A DNA stretch of 63,997 bases, filler included, from Streblomastix strix (taxonomy: Eukaryota), in the NCBI GenBank assembly GCA_008636045.1. It is 4 parts of 4 records of this genome, joined end to end, with 100 filler letters (N's around TTAATTAATTAA, not from the genome) between each part and the next. Parts side by side here need not be neighbours in the genome. Positions count along the whole stretch, not along the records: positions 1 to 15,956 come from SNRW01000898.1; 3 more parts are not named here. One strand, written 5' to 3'. The notes below the pieces were generated by a model. That model worked only from the letters and a program-made list of their open reading frames with translations, had not been told where the DNA came from and made no database searches. This document shows, one piece after another, positions 1 through 13,142 of this stretch. A program made the position numbers and the translations under genes. Within the stretch, counting starts at the first letter, position 1. The number at the start of each line of letters is the position of its first letter.

Positions 1-164
1 ATTTGTTCATTTTAACTTTTATTATATAAATTGTATTATTTATTTGTTCATTTTAACTTTTATTATATAAATTGCATTATTAATTTATTCATTTTAACTT
101 TTATTATATAAATTGTATTATTTATTTGTTCATTTTAACTTTTATTATATAAATTGTATTATTT
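1..164. repeat. 41-bp intronic minisatellite, 4 copies
   Basis: Unit ATTTGTTCATTTTAACTTTTATTATATAAATTGTATTATTT starts at 1, 42, 83 and 124, and ends just before an AG acceptor at 166-167. Confidence 0.9.
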
Positions 165-167
165 AAG

Positions 168-3100
168 GTGTGGGTCTTCGTCTTAAGTTGGCCAAAGCAT
201 AAAGAGGACATGAATTAGCTTGTGCATATCTTTAATAAGCTTATCTCATGCTTACTAAAGTTATTATTTATACATTTGAAATAGATACTTATAATAATTG
301 AAATATATTCATTGGATATAATAATTTATATATCATATATTATTATATTTACTATATTCATTATTTATGCTTTTAATATTTTATCAATAAAGGAAACTGT
401 TGATCTTGATAGAGTTATGCAATTCCTTGATAAAGCAATAGAACATGAGTCAGAAGCTCATGAAATATTTGATGAATTGCTTTCAGTACATTCTGGTTTA
501 TCAATATTTTGTCTTATATCTATATTTTTTTATTATATTTATATATATAAATATGATATAATAAGGCTCAACTCACGTATTACGATCATATGGTGCATTA
601 TTAAGAGATATTTATAGAGATGATGAAACAGCCTTAATGATGTTTAATGAGGCAAATGCAATTGAGGAAGAAACTATTATTGGAGCTGGGAATTAAGGTA
701 ATTGATTGGAGATTCAAACATATTTATTTGATAATAATTAATTTTTTATAATATAATATTATTATTGAAGATGATAAACATACTCAAAAACAAAAAAGTA
801 GGGTTAGAAGTGGATCAATTCAAAGTATTTATTATATATACATATTATTTAATTCATCTTATTTATATATATTATAATAAGGCGGATCACATTAAGGAGG
901 AACTGGTCATTAAATGGAATAAAAATCAATTTAATCTTCTAGAGGACAGTCAAAAAAAGTAGGAAATAAAAATGGGAGAGGTATAAATAGAATTAATTGG
1001 AATTAGAATTTATATAAATAATTTAATTCCTACTTTTATTATTATAAAAAATACACAAAATTTTCATTTTATTTGCTTTTTTAACAACAAATAGTATTTT
1101 CTGGAGCCAATGGTCTCTCAAAAGACAAAGAAAACTTAATCCCAATGTTCCTTCCATTAATTTTTTCTTGCATGGTTATAAATTCATGTTTGGAAAATAT
1201 AATTTCTATCATTTTTATTTTAATTTACTTTGCTTTATAACTTTTTCTATTAATTCAGTTGCTATTATTTTGGCCTTCGTACTCGCCAATATTACATTTT
1301 AAGAAGGTACAAGCACAGCATAGACCATTAATTCTTGCACAGGTATTATATTTATTGAATATTTTTTTAAGAATTTCTATATATTATACCTTCTTTTCTC
1401 TTTATATAGATCTCACAGTAACTTGCTTTGATGCAATTCTATATGCAAAATTCTTTACAACCTATTATGATGTGTAGGATACAAGCCTTGGTATATAATT
1501 AGTTAATTATATTTTATTTTAAAAATAATAAAAATAATTTTATTTTAATTAATTTTACACAAAAATAATTTTTAATTATTCAAAATAAATGAAATTAACT
1601 AATATTTAATAATGTTTATTTTAAAGGAATATCATTAGAAGGAATAAGTTGTATTCCTTCAATGGAATTAACTAAAACTGTTTGTGTATATTATATGTTC
1701 CATTTCTTCTTTCATATATTTAATATTATATATATATATATATATATAGATTCTTAAAGAAATGAGTTCATAAATTAAAGAATATGTTCATGATGCATAT
1801 ACAACCACAGAAGATTCAAATGAATTTGCATCATGGGAAGATAATGATTATATTTATTAAATTCATTTTGATTTTATTAAGATTGCTGGAATTGGTATAT
1901 ATTATGAACTATTATTAATTTCATTTTACAATTTTATATTTATTTTCATTTTTCATTTGTATTATTAGATAATAAATTTGAATTAAATACAATGTGGGAG
2001 AGTGTAACTAATGGAATTGATCTGTTTAGTTCTCTTTCAAATATATTTAAAGATTTTAGTTCTGATTGGTGGGATTAGAATTTAGTGTGCTATTGTTATT
2101 ATATATTAATGTACATAATATACTGTATTTTATTAGGTTGCATCAATATCATGGCAAAATTTTATTAATACAAACATACCAGTCATTGTTAGTGAAGCTT
2201 TGAAAAGTTATTATATTTTATATAAATAATTTAAAGTAAATAAAATTTTTAAATTAATAATATCTAATTTAATTTTCAAATTATATTAATATATATTAGG
2301 AGTATGCGGGGAATATTCAGATAATTCTGATTAAGAATCTACTCAAGTATAACATAAATATAATTATAACATTTAAATTTAATTTACATAATTATTATTT
2401 GTATAAAAAATTTATAATATTGATTGTGTTCATTACATAAATATAAATATATATTATATATTATACTAGGCAATAATTGTATCTATAGTTATATCTGCAT
2501 TAGCTATTATTTCACCAATTGTAATTATGATTATTGAATTTGTAAGAACAATAACAAAATTAAGAAAAGAAAGACATTTAGTATTTATTAATTTTTGTAT
2601 GACAGAAAAAGAAGAATTATTGAGATTAAAAAAAAGATTGGATGATGCAATGAAAGATGAAAATGAAGATGATGCAATGCATGATCACACTTTTTCAATA
2701 TCTCATACAATGACTTCAGAAGCAGAACAATAAAGTGTCAATAATGAATAATAGGCAGATTAGGACGTTGTTGATGTTGATATTGCTAATGAATTGCTTG
2801 ATGTTGATGTAGATGATAATTAAGAAGGAAATTAGAACAATAATAATAAATAAGAAGACGAACTTAATTTAGAGAAATAAAAAGAATAGAAAGAAATAAA
2901 GGAAGGAGGAAATGATGCATAATAAGTAATTGTAGGAGATTAATAATAATAAGTTTAATAATAAGGAGAAGAAAAGAAAGCTGAAGATGGAATAGATGCA
3001 GAATTGTTGGCTGAATAAGAAGAAGATGAAGAAAGAAGACAGGATTTGACATAAAGAATATCAAAAGTTAAATAGTTCATACCAAACAATTTTTACATAA

Positions 3101-5695
3101 GAGTCATTGTTGGTTTTACAATTATTGTTATATTTCCAATAGCATTCACCGTAATCGCTGTATTATCTGCCATAAATACAGTTTCTTATTCGCATTTAAT
3201 ATTTCTAACTGGATATAGAACTGGTTTAATGGGAATATGCATAATGGAAGTTCTTAATATAGCTGTTCCTCTTAGATATAATATGGAATTACATTAATTT
3301 GTTTGTCAATATTCCACAAATCCAGTTTGGAATGACTAATCTCATATGTCAACAAATAGGATTGAGCAACAAGAGTTATTAAAAGGTTCTTTGTAATTCG
3401 TGTCTTCTATTAATTAATTAGTTATGCAAGGTTTGTTTTTTTATTTACTTATTATGGAAATAAAATGTTTTAATTAATAAAAATAAATTTACATTTAAAA
3501 TTTATTTATTATTTTTATATATAGGATCAAATTCAGAATATATAACAGCTTCAGGAGATTCATTCATTGATAATAGGAATTGTAAAAGATCTTTAATTGC
3601 TGGATCTGAAGTATAATATTTGTTATTATAATTATCTACTTTATATTTAATTAATTATAATCATAATCATTCTTTTACTTTCTCTATTAAATCTCAATTA
3701 TTATATTTTAAATAGACAATGGAAATATAATATGGGGCAACATAATGCTTTGAGAACAGGGAAGGAGATTGTGATATAGAAAATAGAGTTTATGGAATTA
3801 CTGGTGAATTTAAAGGATTGGAAGTTTGAATACTACTTTAATTTATTATATTTAGAATGATTGGATTTATGATATTATTTATTTATTTACTGATTTAATC
3901 ATATTATTTTTATTTTATTACATATTTTTATAAATATTTATATTCTTTTAAATAAAGGCTCTGTTCGCATTGTTTAGTACAAATATTATAACAGTATATT
4001 CTGCTAATATTAGTGCTGATCGAACATCAGATCCAACTTCTGGTTCATCATTAAGAGAAATAAATCCATAATCTCCAGAAGTGTATATATAATAATTATA
4101 AAAAGAAAGAAAAAGATAATTAAATTGAAAATAGTTTAAATTTAAATTTAAATATTTCTTAATTCTTTAATTTGTATATAAAAAGGTCTAATCATTAATG
4201 TCGTTGATGTTATTTGATATGAGTGGAGGTCTTACGTAATATAGATCAGCCGTTATTAAGACAGTTGATGAATCAAATAGTTTGAATATTTACATTTACA
4301 TTTATTTTTATTTTATTATTATTATTAGGTCTTTTTAATACACTGTTAATTTTATTCTTTGTCTTTGGAATCGTTGCAATTCTTTGTGGATATTTCTTAT
4401 GCATTGTACCAACTAAAGTATAAATGCTTTTATATATTAATTAATTTTAAATTTTTTAATATAGTCTATTTTATATTCAGTTGCAAGAGGAACATCAAAA
4501 ATGAAAGATTTAGATCCAGCAATTGATGCTGCATTAAGAACTGGGATGGGTATAAAATAATACATATTAATATTAATATATTATTATTCTATTATTTATT
4601 TTATTTATTTATTTTAGGAGCAGCTGGTTGGAAAGATGAATATACATCTGACTGCCCCAGATTTGATCGTGAGCATCAAGTATTAAACTATTTTAATTAT
4701 CACATAGAAATATATATATATATTTGTATTTATGATTTATGCTTATTTAGGCCGTACTACTCTATTTAGCACTTGCATGTGGATCAATAGATACAACAAT
4801 GCATGTTAGAGATAAAGTATAAGAGATGAGTACTTCATTTGTTCTGAGTGAATAAACATCAGCTATTGTCCATGAATGCGAACATTTGTTTATGATCAAA
4901 CACACTCATCATGGAAATGGAGCTGCTGCTGAAGATGAAGGTGAAAATGAAGATTAAGAAGCTTTAAGAAAGAGAAAACGTAAAGCAATTGAAGGATCTT
5001 TGAGAATGTTACTTACATCTACATTCCTTTGCTTTGAAGATGAAGAGAAACTCATTATTCATTATTAAGTACCAAACTCCCATAAAAACCCACATTTTAA
5101 GCAACATGCAACTCTTGCTCGTAAGTTATAATCTGAGATATTATAAATATGTGCCATTTTGAGAGGGAAAGGGAAATAAAAAGGAAAATAAGGATAAAAA
5201 GAAGAGAAATTAAATAAAAATTAGGCTGGACAGTAGTAAAGTGACATTCCTGCATCACATGCGAAGACTTTGATGCAAATGTATTCTGGTACAATATGCA
5301 TAATAAAATAATAAATATATTTAATTACAAATATATCATCTATTACACTTATCTATTTAAATAGGCTGGCTTCTTGATCATGTTGATCGCATAGATAGAG
5401 AGCTACATGCCATTTTGGTTGGTAAAGCACCATAAAGTGAACTTGAAAAAGAAATAATTATGGGGAACTGTGGAGATAAAGTATGAATTAATAACATTTA
5501 TTAATTTATTGGGAAATATATTCTTTTCTAATTATTCTTTTAATATCGCATAATAATCAGGTGGGGAAAGGAACAAAACATAACTTTAAAATACCACATT
5601 CATTAGTATAATTCTTAGATAGTGAAAATGCATCGATATAAGATCGTGCAGCATTTGAAAGAGTTCTAAAAGCACTTTCAATTCGCTTAAAATGA
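168..5695 (+). CDS. Multi-exon TmcB/TmcC-like membrane protein with C-terminal hemerythrin-like domain (5' truncated)
   Basis: With TAR=Gln, exons read AHEIFDELL..STHVLRSYGALLRDIYRDDETALMMFNEANAIEEE (TmcB-type TPR-like motif) and contain several hydrophobic segments. The C-terminus has WKDEYTSDCPRFDREHQ, FEDEEKL..H..H and WLLDHVDRIDREL (hemerythrin pattern), ending ALSIRLK-TGA at 5693-5695. Many GT-AG introns. Exon boundaries are approximate. Confidence 0.7.
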
Positions 5696-5884
5696 TAAAC
5701 TTATTGTAGAATCTTAATAACTAATATACAATAATGGAAATAAAATAAAAACTTTTTATTAAAGATTTAATTTGAATTAAAAAATTATTTATTATGTTAT
5801 AATACTCTTTTCTAATATGTTAATATATATATGAACAATCAAAATGATTTCATTCAAAAATTGAATTTTCTTCTAATAATTTTT

Positions 5885-6066
5885 TATCCCCGTATATCCT
5901 TATCTCACCTCTTTATTGAGATACCATAGTGGCTCCAATATGATCGGTGCACGTACAGGCATCCGATCTATGGGGTGGCCTATTTGATGTGTTAAAGAAT
6001 TTAGAAAGAAACAACTACTTTACAAAGGTAATTTAAAATTATATCTGAGTTCCGGTAAAGAGAGTT
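5885..6066. mobile_element. Terminal fragment of a DIRS retrotransposon
   Basis: TATCCCCGTATATCCTTATCTCACCTC...CGGTAAAGAGAGTT aligns with the DIRS end at 21412-21568 plus 22756-22782. It is cut off where AGTAGT starts at 6067. Confidence 0.75.
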
Positions 6067-6067
6067 A

Positions 6068-6335
6068 GTAGTTATGAGAATATGGAGAGTGCCCCACATA
6101 GAAAAATTAAATAAAATAATGCAAAATAAATAATAATAATAACAAAATAATAATAAATGAAATTAAATAAAATATGATGTTTGTTAATGTAAAATAAATT
6201 AAATACTTGAAATAAAATTAATGTTTGATATATATAGAATGATTAATAAATATATGATATTGGAATCAATTAATGAATTTGATTAATGATGTAAGATTTT
6301 TGAACGTATGGCACTCTCCATATTCTCATAACTAC
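6068..6335. repeat. Terminal stem-loop with perfect 26-bp inverted repeat
   Basis: GTAGTTATGAGAATATGGAGAGTGCC (6068-6093) pairs with GGCACTCTCCATATTCTCATAACTAC (6310-6335) around an AT-rich spacer. Confidence 0.92.
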
Positions 6336-6576
6336 ATAGGGCAATTAATGGAGTTGGTTGATGAATTTGAACAAATGAAACTATATTCGGAAACCTAAAA
6401 TTTATTGACGAAACCATTGATATTTGAACATAATTTATCGAATGTTTATGAAATCATTATTGAAATCGCTATTGAATTTTGAACGTTTATAGTTTACGCT
6501 ACGCTGTTCCGAGTGTTCCGAGTCATAAAACATCAATGAATTTATTGAAATTGAAACAAGAAGATAGAATAGATTA

Positions 6577-6670
6577 TGAATGACGTTTGAGTATTCCGAG
6601 CGTTCCGAGAGTTTCGAGTCAAAAACTTTTATAAAAAGCTGTGGCCAACTGGAAAGATGGTCAATAATTG
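6577..6670 (+). repeat. Iteron-containing module, copy 1
   Basis: TGAATGAC-(GTTCCGAG.)n-CAAAAACTTTTATAAAAAGCTGTGGCCAAC..GTCAATAATTG; a partial extra copy lies at about 6505-6530. Confidence 0.85.
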
Positions 6671-6709
6671 TGGAAAAATATAATTTGATTCGATGCTGCT
6701 GACGTTGTT

Positions 6710-9099
6710 TCAAACGTTGATTTGTTCATTGTTGTCTTCGTTAGCATCTTCATTGGTGTTTTGGTCTTCTTCTCTTAACCTATCATATAATTTAATTAAA
6801 TCTTCTTTCTATTTATATATCCATATTCGTTTTCCTAAAATTGTTTTATATATTCTTTGACATTTATTTTTGATTTATAGTTGGAATGATTTTTCTTCTA
6901 CGTCGAATGGTTTAAATTATAATGCTATAGTGCAAGGCACGCCTTCCTTAAACGCTTAATAATTTTTTAATATAACGTCATCGAGTTATGAATGAGATGC
7001 TCTAATTATATCCTTTTTCGCCTCTGTGAATGGAATAATTCTTTAGTTCCAGCCTTCAATATTTCTGGTTATAAAATAAGTAAATAAATTATTGTAAAAT
7101 TCAGTAGTGAAACTGTCAGATAAAGATGTCAAATATTCAACGTCGTCCCTATGAGCTGTCTTACATCTACATGCAACATAACGCCTGTCATTAGCTTCTA
7201 TCTTGATTGGGAAATCGTTGTTTGTTACCATTATCAAATTCATAACATTCTTTGAAGTTCGACGAGGTTAATTTTTTTCATTTATTCTTATTTAAATATC
7301 GGCTATTATTGACTTCAACGCATCCATGTTTGAATATCTCGCTTCTCCAAAATTTTTTAGTTCATTGGCTATTCCAAACATTATATTTCCAACGACTGAA
7401 TTAAATTGGCCTGTAAATTCACTAATATCCGTAATATTTTTAATTGAATAACCAGCCAATAATTCACATAAAATATCAGTGAATGTATTTTTGCCTATGC
7501 CTTAACTGCCTTATAATATCAATGCCACCTATGATTTAACACCAACATTTCATACTACAAATGCAATCCAACTTAGGACATAGTTATATAAATTTTCATC
7601 TTCTGCTGCTATTGTTTCATATATTAAATTTAGATAATCTTTAATTAGGTCTTCATTATCGGAGGATAATTATTAATATTTATAGCCTTAAAATATACTG
7701 AAACATCTTATTAATCGCTCATAAATTTTATTGTTCTCAGTGCAAATAAAAGGTTATATTTTTCTAGAACATGTTTTAATGTTATTTTCTATTATCCATC
7801 TTCCCATAATCTAACCATTTACAACTAATCATATGCTGCTGTTTTATTCATGTATTAAATTTTATTCTTTTTTTTTGCTGCATCGAATTATTTAACTGTA
7901 ATTACTTAACCTCCATCACATGGAGCAGTACGTAATATTCTAGTTAGGTCTTAAGCTATTGGTTCATATTCATTATATTTATAGATGCCATTTTATAACT
8001 TTTTTTACATGTCGAATAGTATGAAACTATCTTTTAAATCAATTTTTTATACTACAATTTAATTTTTTACATCGTTTTTTCATTCACTAACATAGGCATT
8101 ACATATTCATAGTAATATTTTAGATTATATTTTTTAATTATTTTTTATAGAACGAATGGATGTGATTATTATTATTCATATCTTTTTTTTAGCTACTTCG
8201 AATTATTATTTTGCTCTCTCTGATAAATTATTATTATTATTTATGTTTTCATATGTTTCTTAAATGTATTTATTATCAATTCATTCAACATTAATTATTC
8301 TATTAGTTGCTGTAAATAACGGAAATAAATTTATTCCATCATTTAAATTATGACCCTATGAGTCGTTATGCATTTCAAGACCACAAATTCCTTTACATAA
8401 CATAATTCCGAAATCTTTTTTCATATCGATTAATCCTGAATGTTGTAGTAGTGGTTTGTCTTACTCATTAAGTTATTCCTTTTAATTTGACATGACCTAT
8501 TAATTAACACCCAAATATATCTCAAGTATGTTCAAAATTTATCCTATATCACATAAATTTATTTAATTTTAATAATCATTTATAGCTTCATATTGATATA
8601 TAACTTTAATTTCACCAATTTATTCGTTCTAATCTTCGATTTGTTTTGTTGTTTTAACTCTATCACGTATTTTTGACCAACATTACATAATCCATCGTTA
8701 TTTATTATCTACGCATGCAAATATATCCACATTAAAATTATCACATTTATAAATTTATATATTTGATGTTCTCTATAATTCAAATCCGTTGATATCGCAA
8801 TAAATATGAAGCCCTTCATGTGCTGTTTTGATTAATCCCACATTTTAAGGCATTTTTTCAACGATTAATTCTCGAATTTATTTTTAAATTAATATATCTA
8901 AATTTATATTTATATTAATATCAACAATAGCAAGATTTTAATATTTTGATATATCAATTGCTCTACCTGAACATGATTTACCTGTCTTACTAATGATTGG
9001 GAATTTATTATAATCATAAGTATTCACATATAAATTTTAGATTCGTTCTTGAATTGGTAAAGATTGGCTAGTTTGTGCTTGATTGTCTATTGACCCCAT
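6710..9099 (-). pseudogene. Prim-Pol-like primase fused to SF3 (D5/NrS-1-like) helicase, at least one frameshift
   Basis: N-terminal LAIVDIN..VGLIKTAHEGLHIYC; Walker A ILQGSQGIGKNTF at about 7481-7520; NLIMVTNNDFPIKIEANDRRY. The ATG at 9099 and the TGA at 6710-6712 are in different frames. Confidence 0.85.
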
Positions 9100-9213
9100 T
9101 TATATATTGTTAAAAAGTTGAATTAATAAAAAAACAAACTCCTTTATTTTTAAAATAAGATTAAAAATTTTAAAATTTAATTTTTTTTCGCATATAGTTT
9201 TTTTCATTAATAA

Positions 9214-9395
9214 ATTGACCAGTTGTCCAGTTGGCTACAGCTTTTTATAAAAGTTTTTGATTCGGAACACTCGGAACACTCGGAACACTTAAAAGTCATT
9301 CAGCCGCAAGGCGGAGGTAGGAAGACCGACATACCTATTCCATTTTCTCGTGCCAAAATCATGTACTTTTATATTGCAAAATTAGTATGCATCAA
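9214..9395 (-). repeat. Iteron-containing module, copy 2 (inverted relative to copy 1)
   Basis: ATTGACCAGTTGTCCAGTTGGCTACAGCTTTTTATAAAAGTTTTTGA-(TCGGAACAC)x3-TTAAAAGTCATTCA, with an extension shared with 15450-15513. Confidence 0.88.
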
Positions 9396-9722
9396 CCGTT
9401 CAAGATTTCGATTTAAACGTCATTTTTGAATTCTACATATCAACATTGTATATAAACATCATTCCGAAAGTTAAATAGAAACATTAATTTTTTTGGCTTA
9501 TTTTTTTGACTTAAATTTTTACAGTCATTATATAGAAATTAAGAAATTAAAAAATAATATTATTTTCATGAAATTTTAAAATCATTTGATAATCAACCAT
9601 ATACACAATTCATATGCGCTGATTCCGAATATGATCTTTTTAGCTCAATCTGAAGCTGTTGATGGATCTTAATTATCGGCTTTATTTTGCGCAAATAATT
9701 AATTATTTTTAACATGATTAAA

Positions 9723-10272
9723 ATGATGAATCCAACAATTCCAGCAGTGGAACCATAATTTGAAAAGGAAATTGACCCATTTCAGCAACTATTTCACCAA
9801 CAAGTTATCAGATGTGAAACGTCAACGTTGTCAGCTAGACGAAGAAGTTCAATATTTGAAAAAAACATTAACTCCTGATCCTTCAGTTTGTCGTAGGCTA
9901 TTGGATATCATTAGTAAAGACGATCACATGGTTAAAGAATCAGCACATTTTGTTTTATCTGAAAATTAATTGAATCGGGTTGTTGCTTACACTTTTGACA
10001 TCCCTAAGAGTTAAATTTAATTGAGTATAGAGGATGAAGGATGTTGTTGTAGATTCCACAGCGATTCGACTCAAACATTAAATGAGATATTGATTGGGAA
10101 CGTAAATGTATTAAAGCTAAATGTCGAAAATGTAAATTTATTAAAGGATAACTTTAAAATATGCTTATAAAAAATAAGAAAAATAACAAGAATTTTAGAT
10201 TTGGGAGAAATAACAAGTAAAATTATTAGTGCAGTATCTAAAGGATTAATGACTGTGTTAAATAAAATTTGA
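9723..10272 (+). CDS. Hypothetical viral protein (probable frameshift near 9805)
   Basis: Reads LDEEVQYLKK..HFVLSENQLNRVVAYTFDIPKSQIQLSIEDEGCCC..-TGA when TAR=Gln. It occupies the same position (just before the fibre) as 61865-62560 and weakly resembles it. Confidence 0.5.
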
Positions 10273-10303
10273 AGACATAATAAATCATTTTTATTTTTAT
10301 AAA

Positions 10304-13095
10304 ATGGACGGAGATTTGCATTTGCTTGATGTTGTTTTAAATCATGGTTAGGTATTTTATGGTTCAAATAAATATAACACAATTGGCTTAATTAATTAAG
10401 TTAAAAATATTAAAAATTTAATAATTATTTTTAATGAAACACCTGAAACTTATAATCGTGAAAAAATTGATGAAATGTTAGATAAAAAATTAAATATTTC
10501 TTACTAATTTGATGCATACACCAAATAAGAAGATGATACTCTGCTATTATTGAAGGCTGATGAATAAGAGCTTATTGATGCATATTCGAAGTCTGAAGCC
10601 GATGCCCTACTCGATGACAAATTAAATATAACCGATTAAATTGATGCTTATTCAATAATTGAAGATGATGTTTTGTTGTTGTTGAAGGCTGATAAAACTG
10701 AGCTAATTGATGCATACACTAAATAAGAAGACGATACCCTACTCGACGATAAATTAAATATATCTGATTAAATCGATAATCATTCATAGACAGAAGATGA
10801 TGAATTGTTGGCATTAAAATTAAATATATCTGATTAAATTGGTGCATACTCTAAATAAGAAGATGGTGCTCTGCTGCTATTGAAGGCTGATAAAACAGAA
10901 CTGGATAACTATGTCGATTTAACATCAACTCAAACAATAACAGGTCAAAAATAATTCGGAATAATTAGTGTTTCCAGCATATCAAAATAGAATAAAAATG
11001 AAGCTTTAATTCTTCTTGCTGGTGGCGGTTATATGTTAGTAAGTTCATTAATTTCACAACTACAATTATAAGATATTTGAGATATCGCTTCTGGCAAATC
11101 AAAAGGATATGTCTTTGCAACGACGGATGAGATGTATACTTGGATGGAAGATTAGGAAAATGTTGTAAAATTAGCAATTGGTGATAATTTATTTATAGTC
11201 GATAAATAAGTCATGGATTATTGGTGGGATAGTACTAGTCTTCGAGCACTAGAAACAGAACTGCCAGATATGAGCAACGTCATGACCATTCTTGGAGCTG
11301 CTACAGGGGGAGGTAATGCAATAACAGATTTATCATTTGATGGAAACACACTAATACCTGCAAAAAATAGTTCATTTATGACGATTAACTATGATGAAAC
11401 TATTATAGGATAAAAGACTTTTAACACTACTATCCACTCAGTCGGAATATCTGTATAAAATTACGATAACAATTCAGTTGTTTGTGCTGGTGGTGGTATT
11501 AAGGCAATATGTGACTTAAATGTAAGTGTTGAATTTTCAAATTATTACAATAAATCATAAACTTATTCATAAACTGAAACAGATTAAAAATTAAATCTAA
11601 AATTGAACATTTCCAATTAAATTGATGCTTATTCAAAGACATAAGATGATGCGCTGCTGCTATTGAAGGCTAATAAAACAGAGCTAATCGATACACACAA
11701 CAAAACCAAAGCCGATGCCCTACTCGACTACAAATTAAACGTTAGCGATTAAATCGATGAATACACTAAGACACAAGACGATGCTCTACTGCTATTGAAG
11801 GCTGATAAAACTGAGCTAATCGATGCATATTCGAAGACTGAAATCGATACCCTACTCGACGATAAATTAAATATATCCGATTAAATTGATACTTATATGA
11901 AAAATTAAGATGATACGCTGCTGTTGTTGAAGGCTGATAAAACTGAGCTAATCGATGCATACACTAAAGGAGAAGCCGATAATCTGCTCAATAATAAAAC
12001 TAATTCTGGAGCTTCATGCATTAAAGGAGAAGATGATGCTCTGTTATTATTGAAGGCTGATAAGACATAATTGATTGATTCATACTCAAAAAGAGAAGAT
12101 GATGCGCTGCTGATGTTGAAGGTTGATAAAACATAATTGATAGATGTATATATAAAAGGAGAATCCGATAATCTGCTCAATAATAAAGCTGATTCAGAAG
12201 TTTCAAACACTAAAGGATAAGATGATGCTCTGCTGTTGTTGAAAGCAAATTAATCAACAACTTATATTAATACAGAAACTGATTATTTGATATCTTAAAT
12301 TGAAGCTGGTGATGTTGATTTAAGTGGCTATATGACCTTAGGTACTGCATAAACAATAAATGCAAATAAGACATTCAATAATGCTTTTAAATTCTTAAGT
12401 TCAATCGATGAAATGGCAACAATTACAAGCACATCGTTTCTTAAACCTGGTGCCGATGATAGTGTTTTATTACTTGGAGCTGATGGAACAAAACCATTAT
12501 CTGAATTCGCAAGTGGAAGCGTTGATGATTCTAATTATATAAAAAAAGATGGTGATGTATAAAATATTTAAGGTATTTTACGAAAACCATGCTAGATTAA
12601 CCATATCCTGAACCAACAGATGATGATTATATAACATTGGGCGCAGTAAAAAGTGAATTCGTTTCAACTATTTATAGAGGTTCAATTAGTGATAATCTAA
12701 CAGCAACATAATTTATAAAATCAGGAAAAGATGATTCATCGGTTTTATTGGCTGGTGGTGGCGACCGATTATTATCATCGTTTGAAGAGATTGAAGATTT
12801 AACATCATCTGCGTTTTCTGGAATGAAGGGTGCAGTAATATATTATAAATTAATTAGAATCGGAAATCTATACATATTTTCATTACTTGTTAATGGAGGA
12901 ACTTTTAATGCGGGAACATTTAATCCAAATTATTTTGTTTAGGATGATGTTTCTGTTATGACATATATACCATTTCCGAATTATACTGTTGATAAAGGTG
13001 GTTACGTATCGATTACTCATTCAAATGGAATTATTAACTTAAAATTAACAACAAATACATATATTTAATGTGCATCAGCTGCATGGTTTAAATGA
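10304..13095 (+). CDS. Fibre-like protein with DAYTKxEDDALLLLKADK repeats (one frameshift near 12586)
   Basis: Many tandem YTK/YSKxExDxLLxxKAD repeats, TQTITGQKQF-type and FIKSG..VLLAGGG motifs, and KGYVFAT..GDNLFIVDKQVMDYWWD. Ends AWFK-TGA. Confidence 0.75.
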
Positions 13096-13142
13096 AAACT
13101 TTGAAATTGTTTGGATTAATTATTTAATTTTATAGAATATAA

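Noticed and set aside
1..164. CRISPR-like periodic repeat
   Set aside because: Head-to-tail units with no unique spacers, no cas genes and a eukaryotic intron context.
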